A DNA stretch of 64,000 bases from an uncultured Clostridia bacterium (GCA_942492225.1 CALODS010000022.1:39727-103726); one strand, 5' to 3'; positions 39,591 through 50,677 are shown, counted from the stretch's first letter. Numbers and translations: made by a program. The notes: a model not told the origin generated them from the sequence alone.

Positions 39591-40173
39591 GCGTGTGTTT
39601 ATCATAATCTTCTTTAAATTGTGCTAGTTTTTTATTTAACTTGCTATATATGTGGGTTTGGAACCAAGGTTCGCTAGAAGCGCTGATAGCATCATTTAAA
39701 TTAAACCAAGCGACATCGCTATTTTCGTCCTCTTTTATTGAAAGAGAGTCGTTTTCATCTACCTCTAATAAATAAGTGATATTAAGGTGTAGGTGAGAGG
39801 GGATATATTGCCCTCTTTTTTGATGACCATCAACAGTTAATATTTCGATAGAAAAAATAGAATTGCTGAGTGCGGTAACTCTAGTAACGCCACTTTCCTC
39901 TTGAACCTCTTTAATTGCTACAGCCAACAAATCAGTGTCGCCATCAGCGTGACCACCTAACCATGACCAAGAGTTATACAAATTGTGATGGATTAACAAT
40001 ACTTTTGATTTGGATTGATTAACAACCCATGCAGAAGCAGTCATATGTGCGTTGAGATTTTTTCTTAGAAAAACATCTTTAGTAGATCTTAAGTGTCGAA
40101 TGATCTCGTGTTGATCAACGCGTTCTTGTTCGTTAAAAGGAATATAATTATTTAAATCTTCAATAAGTTTCAT
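39586..40173 (-). CDS. NUDIX hydrolase
   Basis: 195 aa. The Nudix box is GGHADGDTDLLAVAIKEVQEESGV. SD AGGGGG. Confidence 0.85.
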   Translation of the reverse strand: MKLIEDLNNYIPFNEQERVDQHEIIRHLRSTKDVFLRKNLNAHMTASAWVVNQSKSKVLLIHHNLYNSWSWLGGHADGDTDLLAVAIKEVQEESGVTRVTALSNSIFSIEILTVDGHQKRGQYIPSHLHLNITYLLEVDENDSLSIKEDENSDVAWFNLNDAISASSEPWFQTHIYSKLNKKLAQFKEDYDKHTQ

Positions 40174-40201
40174 AGGGCCCCCTACTTAGGTTGAAATATG
40201 T

Positions 40202-40233
40202 AAAAAACTATCTTGAAAAAACCAAGATAGTTT
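40202..40233 (-). terminator. Intrinsic terminator after plsY
   Basis: Stem AAACTATCTTG / CAAGATAGTTT with a 7-nt loop. A T-run follows on the minus strand. Confidence 0.8.
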
Positions 40234-40237
40234 AATA

Positions 40238-40840
40238 TTAAAATTTAAGTTTAGTCTCAGTTTTATTGATAAGTCTCACTAGATTAGCTCTATGTCGATA
40301 AATGACAAAAAGACCAATGAAGAGAGAATATACAATATATTCAAAAGAATATCCAAAGGCATAAACTAAAATTGGATATAGTCCAGCTGCTGTTATTGAA
40401 GCAAGTGACATTAGTCGTGTTTTGAAAATAAGTGACAATTGGTATACAACTAATATTGCGCCAACACCTGGTGTTAAAACCATAATCATACCAGCGGAAG
40501 TCGCAACACCTTTTCCGCCTTTGAAATTAAGCCAAACTGGGTAACAGTGTCCGATGATTGCCATACCAGCACAAATAAGTGCACCTTCTGTATTAAAGAA
40601 CCCAAGACCAATTGATGCGGCCAAAATACCTTTTAAGAAATCACCTAGAAATGCAAGTAATCCTGCTTTTCTTCCAAGAGTTCTAAAAACATTTGTTGCA
40701 CCGCTATTGCCACTACCATGTTCGCGGATATCAATTTTACCTAAATATTTACTGACGATAAATGAGAACGGAATACTTCCGATGAAATATCCTAAAACGC
40801 CTATCATAAGTGCTTTTGTCAAAAAATCCCCTCCGATCAT
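40238..40840 (-). CDS. plsY: Glycerol-3-phosphate acyltransferase PlsY
   Basis: It has GSGNSGATNVFR and multiple TM helices. The true start is probably TTG at 40822, 7 nt after GGAGGGG, rather than the ORF-track ATG at 40840. Confidence 0.9.
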   Translation of the reverse strand: MIGGDFLTKALMIGVLGYFIGSIPFSFIVSKYLGKIDIREHGSGNSGATNVFRTLGRKAGLLAFLGDFLKGILAASIGLGFFNTEGALICAGMAIIGHCYPVWLNFKGGKGVATSAGMIMVLTPGVGAILVVYQLSLIFKTRLMSLASITAAGLYPILVYAFGYSFEYIVYSLFIGLFVIYRHRANLVRLINKTETKLKF

Positions 40841-41040
40841 TGTTATTTTATCATTAAATTGATTAATTCTCTATACTAATTATTGCCAAAATGATAAAAT
40901 GACATATAAAAAGTAAATATTTTGTGCGTGATTGGATGGTGTAAAAGCTGTTAAACACAGGGTTGTGTCATTTGTTTTTAAATAAAGAGTTAGTATTATT
41001 ATCAGGTAATAATTTTTGTTTAACATGAGGTGATGTAAAG

Positions 41041-44000
41041 ATGGAAGGTTTAAGAGTAGGAATTGATGTTGGTTCAACAACCATCAAGATTGTCGTATTA
41101 GACGAGAATGATGTTGTCATAAAGTCAGTATACCAACGTCATTTTTCCAATATAAAAAACGCAGTCGGAACAATTCTAGAAGATGTCTTATTAACTATTA
41201 AAGACGAATATATAAAACTATGTATCACTGGATCTGGTGGGTTATTAATTTCAGAATTCTTTAGTGCGCCTTTTGTACAAGAGGTCGTTGCGAGTTCTGA
41301 AGCCATTCAAAAGTATTTTCCAAAAACCGATGTAGCAATTGAACTTGGTGGAGAAGATGCAAAAATAACATATTTTGGACATAGTTTAGAACAACGAATG
41401 AATGGTGTATGTGCAGGTGGAACGGGCGCTTTTATTGACCAAATGGCTGTCCTTTTAAATACGGATGTCCAAGGGCTTAATGAAATGGCGAAATCTTATA
41501 AGACAATATATCCAATTGCTTCTCGCTGTGGTGTTTTTGCAAAAACAGATATTCAACCTTTATTGAATGAAGGGACGCCAAAAGAAGATATTGCTGCTTC
41601 AATTTTTCAAGCGGTTGTAAATCAAACAATTGGTGGACTCGCTTGTGGTAAACCGATAAGAGGAAACATTGCTTTCTTAGGAGGACCGCTTCATTTTCTT
41701 TCTGAGCTAAAGGAAAGATTCATTGAAACGTTAAATCTTTCTGAAGATAAGATTATTAGACCGGAAAATGGTCAATATTTTGTAGCGATTGGAGCTGCTT
41801 TGTCATCTGCAGTTCAAAAAAATATATCGGTCGCTGAACTACAAACTAAATTAAAGGATATTGAACAATTCAAAAGTGTAGAAGAATTGAGTAGCTTACC
41901 AAAATTATTTGATTCAATTGATGCTTATGAGGCATTTAAAAAACGTCATGAAATGAATAAAGTGAAACGCAAGCCACTTTCGGAAGCATCTGGACCTTTA
42001 TTTTTAGGCATTGATGCGGGATCAACAACAACTAAAGTTGCATTGATAGATCAAGAGGGCGCGCTTTTACATTCTTTTTATGGAAGTAATGAGGGGAGTC
42101 CTTTACTCTCGACAGTGAAAGCGTTGAAAGACTTATATCAGTTAATGCCATCGACATCATTCATAGGCAAATCAGCAATTACAGGATATGGTGAACATTT
42201 AATTAAAGAAGCTTTGTCAGTGGATATAGGGGAAATTGAAACGGTTGCGCATTATAAATCAGCAGCCTTTTTTTTGCCAGATGTCAATTTTGTTATTGAT
42301 ATTGGTGGGCAAGACATGAAGAGCCTAAAGGTAAAAGACGGTTTGATAGAATCAATTATGCTTAATGAAGCATGTTCCTCTGGATGTGGGTCATTTATTG
42401 AAACATTTGCGAGATCGATGGATAAGGATATTTATAATTTTGCAAGAGAAGGATTGTATGCAAACAATCCTGTTGACCTTGGAACACGTTGCACTGTTTT
42501 TATGAATTCTAAGGTGAAACAAGCTCAAAAAGAAGGTGCGTCTGTCGGTGATATTTCTGCCGGAATTTCATATTCTGTTATAAAAAATGCATTGTATAAA
42601 GTCATTAGATTAAGGGATGTGGATCAATTAGGTGAACAGATTGTTGTTCAAGGTGGTACTTTCTATAATGATGCTGTTTTAAGAAGTTTTGAAATTATTA
42701 CAGGAAGACAAGTGGTTAGACCAGATATTGCTGGGCTGATGGGTGCTTTTGGATCTGCTCTCATAGCAAAGAATGCTTATGCAGAAAATCAGGTATCATC
42801 AATTTTACAAAATAATGCGCTAGATAATTTTAAATATAGTGCCTTTACAAAAAGATGTGAAATATGTGGTAATAGCTGTTTATTGACGGTAAATCAGTTT
42901 GAAGAGGGCCATCAATTTATAACTGGTAATCGATGTGAACGTGGAGCCGGTATGGAAGCGACGGAAGAACCTGTTCCAAATATGTATGAATACAAGCTAA
43001 AAAGAGTGTTTGATTATAAAAGTTTAAGTGATGTAGAAGCTATTAGAGGTAGTATTGGATTGCCACGCGTACTTAACATGTATGAAAATTATCCGTTTTG
43101 GCATACTTTTTTTACGACCTTAGGTTATCGTGTTGTACTATCAAATCGCTCCTCAAGAAAATTATTTGAAACGGGTATGGATTCAATTCCTTCGGAATCA
43201 GTTTGTTATCCTGCAAAGATTTCTCATGGGCATATAATGAACTTAATTGAAAAAGGTGTTGAGACGATTTTTTATCCTTGTATCCCATACGAAGAAATTG
43301 AATCTAAAGAGGCGAATAATCATTTTAATTGTCCTATTGTGACGTCGTATCCAGAAACAATTAAGAATAACATGGAAACAATTAAAGACAAAAACATTCA
43401 ATTTATGAAACCTTTTTTACCCCTTGATGATAATAAGAGATTGAAAAAAAGATTATCAGAAGAGTTTAAGTCGATGGGCATTACAAAGGCAGAAATTAAT
43501 AATGCTGTCGACCTTTCTTTTGAAGCACTACATGCGTACAAAAAAGATATTAAAGCAAAGGGATTAGAAATATTAACTTATATAGAAAAGAATAATCTAA
43601 AAGGTATTGTATTAGCGGGAAGACCTTATCATATTGATCCAGAAATAAATCATGGTATTCCTGCAATGATCGCTAATTATAATATGCCTATTTTGACAGA
43701 AGATTCAATAGATCACTTAAATCCAGTGGAGCGTCCTTTGCGTGTTGTTGATCAGTGGACGTACCATACACGTCTCTATAACGCGGCGAATTTTGTTGCT
43801 CACAGAAAAGATTTAGAACTCATTCAATTAACATCTTTTGGGTGTGGCCTAGATGCTGTGACAACAGATCAAGTACAAGAAATACTTGCGCGGTATGATA
43901 AAGTCTATACATCATTGAAAATAGATGAGATCAATAATTTGGGTGCAGCGAGAATTAGAGTACGCTCTTTATTGGCGGTTATTGAGGAACGAACGCGGTC

Positions 44001-45276
44001 GAACTTTGAACCTAAAATGTTATATTCCAATAAAGAACGGGTTGTGTTCTCTAAGGAAATGAAAAAAACCCATACAATATTAGCGCCACAGATGTCACCA
44101 ATACACTTTGACCTACTAGAACGCGTCTTTATCGATGAAGGATATAATTTTGAATTGTTACCTCATGTTGATAAAAAGATCATTGATGAAGGGTTAAAAT
44201 ATGTACATAATGATGCATGTTACCCATCAGTCATTACAATCGGTCAAATAATGTATGCCTTAAATTCGGGTGATTACGATCTGGATAAGACAGCGGTTTT
44301 GATTTCTCAAACAGGTGGAGGGTGTAGAGCCACTAACTATATTGGATTTATTAGAAAGGCGCTTCGTGATGCTAAAATGGACCATATACCTGTTGTTTCT
44401 TTAAATGCAGGCGGGTTAGAATCTAATCCAGGATTTCAACTCAGAATGCCAACAATTAAAAAACTTGTCATGGCACTTATGTATGGAGATCTTCTTATGC
44501 GTGTTTTATACAAAGTGCGCCCTTATGAAAAAGAGAAAGGTTCTGCAAATGCCTTATATGAAAAATGGCGACGTCATATTAAACATGATTTGCAACACGG
44601 CCGTTATTACCGATATATTCAAAATATTAAAGAGATTGTACAAGCCTTTGATACATTAGAAATTATTCAAGAAAAAAAGCCTAAAGTTGGTATTGTTGGA
44701 GAAATTCTTGTTAAATTTCATCCAGTGGCAAATAACAATTTAGTTGATTATTTAGAATCAGAAGGTGCAGAAGCCGTAATGCCAGATTTAGTTGACTTTT
44801 TTCTCTATTGTGGATATAATGCTGATTTTAGATATAAAGAATTATCAGGTAAACTATCAAGTAAATTGGCTGCCGATGCAATAATTGTGTATTTAGAATT
44901 TTATCGAAAAGAGATGAAAAAAGCGTTAAAAAACAGCAAACGATTTAGTCCGCCAGAGAAAATACATCAGTTAGCTGAAAAAGCTTCAACCATTTTATCA
45001 ATTGGTAATCAAACAGGTGAGGGATGGTTTTTAACTGCAGAAATGATTGAATTGCTTGAATCAGGCGTTGATAACATAGCTTGTCTTCAGCCATTTGCGT
45101 GTTTGCCAAATCATATTACTGGTAAGGGCATGATAAAAGTACTAAAAGAAAGATTTCCATTGGCAAATATTGTACCAATTGATTACGATCCAGGTGCAAG
45201 TGAAGTCAATCAAATTAATCGTATCAAATTAATGTTAGCCAATGCATATAAAAATATAAATGAAGGTAGTGAATAA
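41041..45276 (+). CDS. Fused double BadF/BcrA/HgdC-type activase (ASKHA ATPase) with C-terminal DUF2229-like domains; acyl-CoA-dehydratase-activase-related protein
   Basis: 1411 aa. There are two ASKHA modules ([26 protein letters not shown]). Each carries the cluster-ligand contexts CAGGTGAF / SRCGVFA and CSSGCGSF / TRCTVFM. A roughly 750-aa Cys-containing C-terminal region follows. Confidence 0.85.
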   Translation: MEGLRVGIDVGSTTIKIVVLDENDVVIKSVYQRHFSNIKNAVGTILEDVLLTIKDEYIKLCITGSGGLLISEFFSAPFVQEVVASSEAIQKYFPKTDVAIELGGEDAKITYFGHSLEQRMNGVCAGGTGAFIDQMAVLLNTDVQGLNEMAKSYKTIYPIASRCGVFAKTDIQPLLNEGTPKEDIAASIFQAVVNQTIGGLACGKPIRGNIAFLGGPLHFLSELKERFIETLNLSEDKIIRPENGQYFVAIGAALSSAVQKNISVAELQTKLKDIEQFKSVEELSSLPKLFDSIDAYEAFKKRHEMNKVKRKPLSEASGPLFLGIDAGSTTTKVALIDQEGALLHSFYGSNEGSPLLSTVKALKDLYQLMPSTSFIGKSAITGYGEHLIKEALSVDIGEIETVAHYKSAAFFLPDVNFVIDIGGQDMKSLKVKDGLIESIMLNEACSSGCGSFIETFARSMDKDIYNFAREGLYANNPVDLGTRCTVFMNSKVKQAQKEGASVGDISAGISYSVIKNALYKVIRLRDVDQLGEQIVVQGGTFYNDAVLRSFEIITGRQVVRPDIAGLMGAFGSALIAKNAYAENQVSSILQNNALDNFKYSAFTKRCEICGNSCLLTVNQFEEGHQFITGNRCERGAGMEATEEPVPNMYEYKLKRVFDYKSLSDVEAIRGSIGLPRVLNMYENYPFWHTFFTTLGYRVVLSNRSSRKLFETGMDSIPSESVCYPAKISHGHIMNLIEKGVETIFYPCIPYEEIESKEANNHFNCPIVTSYPETIKNNMETIKDKNIQFMKPFLPLDDNKRLKKRLSEEFKSMGITKAEINNAVDLSFEALHAYKKDIKAKGLEILTYIEKNNLKGIVLAGRPYHIDPEINHGIPAMIANYNMPILTEDSIDHLNPVERPLRVVDQWTYHTRLYNAANFVAHRKDLELIQLTSFGCGLDAVTTDQVQEILARYDKVYTSLKIDEINNLGAARIRVRSLLAVIEERTRSNFEPKMLYSNKERVVFSKEMKKTHTILAPQMSPIHFDLLERVFIDEGYNFELLPHVDKKIIDEGLKYVHNDACYPSVITIGQIMYALNSGDYDLDKTAVLISQTGGGCRATNYIGFIRKALRDAKMDHIPVVSLNAGGLESNPGFQLRMPTIKKLVMALMYGDLLMRVLYKVRPYEKEKGSANALYEKWRRHIKHDLQHGRYYRYIQNIKEIVQAFDTLEIIQEKKPKVGIVGEILVKFHPVANNNLVDYLESEGAEAVMPDLVDFFLYCGYNADFRYKELSGKLSSKLAADAIIVYLEFYRKEMKKALKNSKRFSPPEKIHQLAEKASTILSIGNQTGEGWFLTAEMIELLESGVDNIACLQPFACLPNHITGKGMIKVLKERFPLANIVPIDYDPGASEVNQINRIKLMLANAYKNINEGSE

Positions 45277-45278
45277 TA

Positions 45279-46184
45279 ATGGTAACATATGAAAGACTAG
45301 AAGCCATTGAAGCAATGTTAATAAAGAGTATTGAATATTTTTTAGCAAAGCATTCAAATAAAGTAATAGAGGCAGCAAAAACAGAATATTTAAGTGGTAT
45401 CGATGGTGATTATAAAGAATTTGGATTTGATAATTGGTTCCTATGTGATTTTAAATATGATCATAAAGATATGATGACTTACTACCAACAAAATCAACCT
45501 GTATTAGGGGAAGAAAAAATTGTGTTAGAGAGTATACAAAATTCGTGGTTCTCATATTTTGAAGTATTTGAGGTTGAAGGAAAATCTTTATTAAAAGACT
45601 TATTTACAAAAGCAGATTATCAGGTTGAAAACAGTGAACTACTGGCAGGTGGTACAATTGTGGCAGCAAGACTTTATCCATGTGAACGTAAATATTATAT
45701 AGAAATATTAGAAAATTTTGATGGTGAGATGCATAAACATGTTACAGGTGCAGTCTTATCAAAATACAATGAATTTTGCTCGCAGAATCAAACGATTGAA
45801 ATAGAAGAATTTATAAAAACACAGTCATTACTGTTGTATAAATTTATGAATGTTTTTAAAAATGTAAGTTTGCAAGACTCAGATGCCGATGAAGAGTTTA
45901 TGGTTTATCAAAGCGACTATGTATTTGACAATAGAGACAAAGTCATTGAACTTATTTCTACTGAGGGTTCATTTGAATTCGTAGAAAAAGAAGAAGACGA
46001 AGAAATTTATAGCATTATTCATGAAGGTGAAGTGATTGAAATCGTTATTTCTACGAATAAATTGGAATTAGAAGCTTCTACAGAAGCGATTAGGCAAGTT
46101 ATCAAAACAAAGGTTGAAGAATTACTTAAAGGGTATATAACTTTTGTCCAAGATATTATTCTGAATATTGATGATATTTTGTAG
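45279..46184 (+). CDS. Hypothetical acidic protein, translationally coupled to the activase gene
   Basis: 301 aa. The ATG lies 2 nt after the upstream TAA (TAATAATG). I recognised no motif. Confidence 0.55.
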   Translation: MVTYERLEAIEAMLIKSIEYFLAKHSNKVIEAAKTEYLSGIDGDYKEFGFDNWFLCDFKYDHKDMMTYYQQNQPVLGEEKIVLESIQNSWFSYFEVFEVEGKSLLKDLFTKADYQVENSELLAGGTIVAARLYPCERKYYIEILENFDGEMHKHVTGAVLSKYNEFCSQNQTIEIEEFIKTQSLLLYKFMNVFKNVSLQDSDADEEFMVYQSDYVFDNRDKVIELISTEGSFEFVEKEEDEEIYSIIHEGEVIEIVISTNKLELEASTEAIRQVIKTKVEELLKGYITFVQDIILNIDDIL

Positions 46185-46190
46185 TTAAAA

Positions 46191-46219
46191 TTGACAATTT
46201 CGTAGAATCACTGTACAAT
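46191..46219 (+). promoter_or_regulatory. Near-consensus sigma-A promoter
   Basis: TTGACA (46191-46196), a 17-nt spacer, then TACAAT (46214-46219). It lies 40 nt upstream of ATG 46260. Confidence 0.7.
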
Positions 46220-46259
46220 TATATGTAAATTTCAACATTGAAAGGGGAAAAAAGCAAAA

Positions 46260-46670
46260 ATGAGTAATAACAATTCAGATGTTCCTTCCGCCACGGACGA
46301 AGAACCCGATTTAGAAATGATAAGAATTGATAATGTCATTAATGATATTAAGTCTATCATGGGTGATACGAGTCAATCCGAAGAACATTTAAAGCATTAT
46401 ATTTCTAAGGTGGAGCATCATTTAAACAATCATCAGATACAAGAATTAAATAGTATTGATAAGGGTGAAATCAAAAGATTGATAATGAAACATCCCTATT
46501 TTAGAAATCAGTGTAATTATATAATTCGATTGACAACTATCATGAAATATCTGAAGAAAAAAGGATTAGATGTTCATTTACGAAACATAGATTTACTGGT
46601 AGATGAAATTATCATGTCAATAGATGGTATTGAAAAAAGAGGGTATGACAAATACCTTATGAAGAGATAG
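46260..46670 (+). CDS. Hypothetical small protein (acidic N-terminus, basic C-terminal half)
   Basis: 136 aa. SD AAAGGGGAAAAAA. It has its own promoter and a hairpin at the stop codon. I recognised no motif. Confidence 0.5.
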   Translation: MSNNNSDVPSATDEEPDLEMIRIDNVINDIKSIMGDTSQSEEHLKHYISKVEHHLNNHQIQELNSIDKGEIKRLIMKHPYFRNQCNYIIRLTTIMKYLKKKGLDVHLRNIDLLVDEIIMSIDGIEKRGYDKYLMKR

Positions 46671-46693
46671 CTTTGGGAAACCAAAGCTATTTT
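46668..46693 (+). terminator. Short hairpin/possible attenuator overlapping the stop codon of the 136-aa gene
   Basis: AGCTTTGG-GAAA-CCAAAGCT (8 bp with a GNRA-type loop), followed by ATTTTTA. It lies 16 nt before the methyltransferase ATG. Confidence 0.5.
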
Positions 46694-46708
46694 TAGGATA
46701 TTGAGATA

Positions 46709-48670
46709 ATGAAAACAGAAAATAATAGATATAAAACATTGTATCATCAATGTGAGACGTTTTTATGTGAGTATCTTGAATTAGATAAAGAGTTATTGAG
46801 ATCATTTACAAAACAACTATTGGATACAGAGAACTTAAAAGCGTATTATCATAATCTAATAATGCCGGCGGCAGTTTCTAGTGAAACTGTCGCTATTTGT
46901 GATGTTGAGGAATTCATACATATTATTGATCACTACGATGAATTGATTCATTTGAATTTGAGAGATAAAACAGGTAGTTATTATACGCCACATGAAATTA
47001 TTGATTTAATGATTGAAGAAATATTTAGTGAATCAGTCTTCCTTGAGAAAATTATAAATAGGGAATCTATTGTATTATTAGAGCCTTCGTGTGGCACGAT
47101 GATCTTTGTGAGATCTTTTATAAAACGTCTACATAATGAAGTTAAGGATATTACGTATTTAAAAAAAATAATAAAAGATTTAATTGTTGTTGACATACAA
47201 TTAGAACCCTTATTTTTAGGAATATTAGGACTGATAAAAGAAATTTATCCTCTTCTGAAAACTTTAGACACAACTTGGAGAGTGAGATGTTGCGATGCAT
47301 TAAAGATGACGGATCTTAATGGTTGCATAGATATTGTTCTCGGTAATCCTCCGTATCTTGGAGAAAAGGGAAATGCTGATTTTTTTAGAGCGCTAAAAAA
47401 CGATCTCTCGACGCAACCTTATTATGAAGGGCGAATGGATTTGTATTACTTCTTCATTCATATTGGAATCAATGCATTGAAACAGAATGGATTGTTGTCG
47501 TTCATAACGACCAATTATTTTATAAGTGCAGACAGTGCGACTCTACTAAGAGCAAGGTTGAAAAAAGAAATGGTATTTAAAAACATTATTGATTATTCTG
47601 GCGATAGAGTGTTTAAATCTGCTAAAGGCCAACATAATCTATCGTTTATTTTGCAGAAATCAACTCAACCGACAAAGTGTCGTATTATAAATGTTGCACA
47701 ATTTAAGTTGGGTTCTCTTCAGAAAATAAACGAAGCCGTCGTTGATGAAAGAAATTTATATGACGAAAGAGGATTAATCTCATTAATCAGCAATCCTCTA
47801 ACATATGAATTACTAAAAAAAATTCACAACAATTCAACTGGTGTATTAAATGATGAATTTGATGTTAAGCAGGGGATTGTTAGTGGGGCAGATATTGTAA
47901 CAAAATCAATACTAGAAAAAAATAGTGACATAACGCTCAATAAGAATATAAACAAAGGCGACCCAATATTTATCTTCTCTAATGAGCAAGATATGCCATT
48001 TGATGGTCCGTGGCAAAATTTTTATAAAAACAGTGATATACAAAAATATGCGATACATGCAATACCTAAATATTCTGTTTATTATGTTAATGAGGATAAC
48101 CCACCCTCTATTCAAGGTTTAAAACATTTAGAGACCTTTAGAGGCGTTCTTGAAAAACGTCGAGAAGTAAAATCGGGATATCGACAATGGTATCAACTTC
48201 AGTGGCCAAGAACAGCTGATTTATTCGAACAACCTAAATTGGTAATGCCCCAACGAAGTATAAACAATACTTTTGCTTACACAGAAAAGCCCTTTTATGG
48301 CAGTGCAGACATTTACTATATAATCCATGTAGAAAAAAATATTGAGGCGTTGTTATACTTAAATGGTGTTGTTAATTCTAAGTTATATTATTATTGGTTA
48401 TACCATAGAGGTAAGAAAAAAGGTGAAATGCTTGAATTGTATTCAACACCAATTAAAAATTTGCCTATTATTCATTATGTGGGTGCAGTTTGGCAAAATG
48501 AGATCATTGTAAACGTTAAGAAGATTATGAAATTTATTAAAGATAATGTTTTGTCTGATTACAAAGAAAAACATCTAATTGATAGAATTATATATGAAGG
48601 ATTTTCATTGACTGATGAAGAAATAAATGAAGTGGAAACATTTTATAAAAAAAATAATCAGAGGGGTTAA
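46709..48670 (+). CDS. N6-adenine DNA methyltransferase, gamma-class (Eco57I-like catalytic domain with TaqI-like C-terminal specificity domain); no partner endonuclease seen
   Basis: 653 aa. It has GSYYTPHEIIDLM, the AdoMet motif I LLEPSCGTMIF, and the catalytic motif IV VLGNPPYLGEKG. The C-terminal part with YSTPIKNLPI is typical of TaqI-type recognition domains. Confidence 0.8.
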   Translation: MKTENNRYKTLYHQCETFLCEYLELDKELLRSFTKQLLDTENLKAYYHNLIMPAAVSSETVAICDVEEFIHIIDHYDELIHLNLRDKTGSYYTPHEIIDLMIEEIFSESVFLEKIINRESIVLLEPSCGTMIFVRSFIKRLHNEVKDITYLKKIIKDLIVVDIQLEPLFLGILGLIKEIYPLLKTLDTTWRVRCCDALKMTDLNGCIDIVLGNPPYLGEKGNADFFRALKNDLSTQPYYEGRMDLYYFFIHIGINALKQNGLLSFITTNYFISADSATLLRARLKKEMVFKNIIDYSGDRVFKSAKGQHNLSFILQKSTQPTKCRIINVAQFKLGSLQKINEAVVDERNLYDERGLISLISNPLTYELLKKIHNNSTGVLNDEFDVKQGIVSGADIVTKSILEKNSDITLNKNINKGDPIFIFSNEQDMPFDGPWQNFYKNSDIQKYAIHAIPKYSVYYVNEDNPPSIQGLKHLETFRGVLEKRREVKSGYRQWYQLQWPRTADLFEQPKLVMPQRSINNTFAYTEKPFYGSADIYYIIHVEKNIEALLYLNGVVNSKLYYYWLYHRGKKKGEMLELYSTPIKNLPIIHYVGAVWQNEIIVNVKKIMKFIKDNVLSDYKEKHLIDRIIYEGFSLTDEEINEVETFYKKNNQRG

Positions 48671-48674
48671 CTGA

Positions 48675-50018
48675 ATGAAACGGGTTATTACAGCGGTCGT
48701 TACAATTGGATTAATTTGTATAAGTATATTTATACTCAAAGATAAAGTGATGGTATCAACAATTGAACGACAAAAGGTTGTTCATCCATCAGAGGATGTC
48801 TTAAATCAGTTTGGAAAGTTAACGGTTAATGGATTTTCTTGGATTTCAGAAGATATTCACTGGGTGGGTGATGAAACACTTACCTTTAGTGGTAAACGGA
48901 CAACTGAAAAAAGTGGCTCTTATTATTTTGATGTTAATACATTGGAAGTTTATGAAAAAAAATCCGAAAATCATTTAGATAATGAAATAATTTTATATGA
49001 AGATAATGAACGGACTGTATATACGGATCGTGTCCATGATGGATTATTTATAAAAATTGGTGATAACGTAAAAGAATTGTTGCCGAATCAACCTTACGGC
49101 AAATCAGAAGAACTTGTATTATCTAAAAATAAGAAGAAACTTGGTTTTTTAGATAAAGAGAAAAAACGATATATGACCTTTGATACAATAAGCGGAAAAA
49201 CTTCAACGATGACATATAAAAAAGGTGAATTTGAATCACTAAGTTCAACTGATCAAATTCAGTTGTCAAATGATGGCGGATTTATCTCATTTGAAGAAAA
49301 GTATGAATCATTAACAAATAATAACTTTTCTATATTAGGTGCGGATTCAGGTAAATATTACGGTAAAAATATTAAAGGGATTAGGCCTACATTTTCTCCA
49401 GATTCAAAAAAAGTAGCCTTTATTTATACTGGTGAAATTAATCAACCTCAAAAAGATAGAAAAATAGGTTTATTCGTTTTAAAATTCAAAAAAATAATTT
49501 ATTTGGATACATTAATCCAAGACGAAAATTTTTATCCCCTTTTAGGTTGGTCAAATGATAGTGTAAATATCTATGTGATAACAGAGTCTGCGGATAAAAC
49601 GATTAAGCTTAATATAATTAATACAAAAGAAGGTAGTTGCTCAGCTATAGTATTACCTATAAATCACGAGGTTACAGAGATTAAAGAAATTAAAATAGCA
49701 AATAATCATGCTTATATTGTGATGAATGATGGTATATTAGTTTCGGTAGATTTAGACAGTGGTCGATACAATTTTTATGACGGATTACAAATAATGCCCA
49801 ATGATTCTTATTTGCATCAAATATCAGAAGAAGACTTTTTAGTTTATACAAACAATGAAGTTTGGGTCATTTCAAATACCGGACATGTCCTTGTATCAAA
49901 TTATGAAGGGGATGTTAGGGGAATATATTTAACCGCTAACAATACTAAGGTAGCGTTGCTAATTGAAAACAATGATCAAATCTACCTTCAAGTAAACACA
50001 ATAGCTAGAACATTGTAA
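48675..50018 (+). CDS. Membrane-anchored extracytoplasmic protein, probable beta-propeller (PD40/TolB-like repeat FSPDSKKVAFIY)
   Basis: 447 aa with an N-terminal TM. The ATG lies 4 nt after the methyltransferase stop, with GAGGGG inside the upstream gene. The fold call is weak. Confidence 0.5.
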   Translation: MKRVITAVVTIGLICISIFILKDKVMVSTIERQKVVHPSEDVLNQFGKLTVNGFSWISEDIHWVGDETLTFSGKRTTEKSGSYYFDVNTLEVYEKKSENHLDNEIILYEDNERTVYTDRVHDGLFIKIGDNVKELLPNQPYGKSEELVLSKNKKKLGFLDKEKKRYMTFDTISGKTSTMTYKKGEFESLSSTDQIQLSNDGGFISFEEKYESLTNNNFSILGADSGKYYGKNIKGIRPTFSPDSKKVAFIYTGEINQPQKDRKIGLFVLKFKKIIYLDTLIQDENFYPLLGWSNDSVNIYVITESADKTIKLNIINTKEGSCSAIVLPINHEVTEIKEIKIANNHAYIVMNDGILVSVDLDSGRYNFYDGLQIMPNDSYLHQISEEDFLVYTNNEVWVISNTGHVLVSNYEGDVRGIYLTANNTKVALLIENNDQIYLQVNTIARTL

Positions 50019-50104
50019 CGATACGATTATTTAAACAAATAAAAATGTCTTGTTTGAGAGATACAATTCATGGTATGCTCTTCTTAGTTAAAGGAGAGAT
50101 GCAC

Positions 50105-50629
50105 ATGTTTACAACAAGAAATATAGTCGTGGCTGGTTTAGTAGCCGCTCTAGTTACAGTCGGTACAATGTTGATACAAATACCAGTTGGTGTATCAGGA
50201 TATGTCCATTTGGGTGATTCTATGGTCTATTTATCTGGGATTTTGTTAGGACCTGTATTAGGTGGTCTGGCAGCAGGGTTAGGTTCTTTCTTAGCGGATA
50301 TGATGTCTGGATATGCTGTTTATGCATTACCAACATTTATCATTAAAGGCTTAGATGCTGCAACAATTGCATTAGTGTATAAGATGATTTCTGGTGGAAG
50401 CGATTCTTCAACTAGAAAAACATTTGCCTATGTGGTTGCTTTTATTGGTGGTAGTGTTGTTATGACAAGTGGGTATTTCTTATTTGCATCATTCTTATAT
50501 GGTGTTGGTGGTGCTGCACTGAGTGTTTTACCAAACTTATTCCAAGGCGTTGTTGGTGGAGTGGTCAGTATTCCATTTTTTCTTCTCTTTACAACGGCTA
50601 GATTTACTCAAGCAATAGAAAAAAGATAG
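50105..50629 (+). CDS. ECF-transporter S-component-like membrane protein (COG4720-like), substrate unknown
   Basis: ATG 50105 sits behind AAAGGAGAG. There are five or six TM helices. The segment HLGDSMVYLSGILLGPVLGGLAAGLGSFLADMMSGYAVYALPTFIIKGLD resembles solitary S components. Confidence 0.55.
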   Translation: MFTTRNIVVAGLVAALVTVGTMLIQIPVGVSGYVHLGDSMVYLSGILLGPVLGGLAAGLGSFLADMMSGYAVYALPTFIIKGLDAATIALVYKMISGGSDSSTRKTFAYVVAFIGGSVVMTSGYFLFASFLYGVGGAALSVLPNLFQGVVGGVVSIPFFLLFTTARFTQAIEKR

Positions 50630-50650
50630 TTATTAACGATATAAAATTTT

Positions 50651-50677
50651 AAAGATGTCCTTTGGACATCTTTTTTT
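50651..50677 (+). terminator. Intrinsic terminator
   Basis: 10-bp stem AAAGATGTCC / GGACATCTTT with a TTT loop, followed by a T-run. Confidence 0.85.

Noticed and set aside
40880-41080. 66-aa minus-strand ORF upstream of, and overlapping, the activase gene start. The 62-aa ORF at 46617-46805 (-) is similar.
   Set aside because: They overlap the starts of well-supported plus-strand genes and their promoter regions, and they have no SD or motifs.
50019-50104. Possible preQ1-type riboswitch upstream of the ECF S-component gene (GAGAG...CTCTT stem followed by an A-rich tail and the SD)
   Set aside because: The loop and tail do not match the preQ1-I core that I remember, and the leader is too short for other ECF-linked riboswitches. 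I cannot support this without a covariance-model scan.
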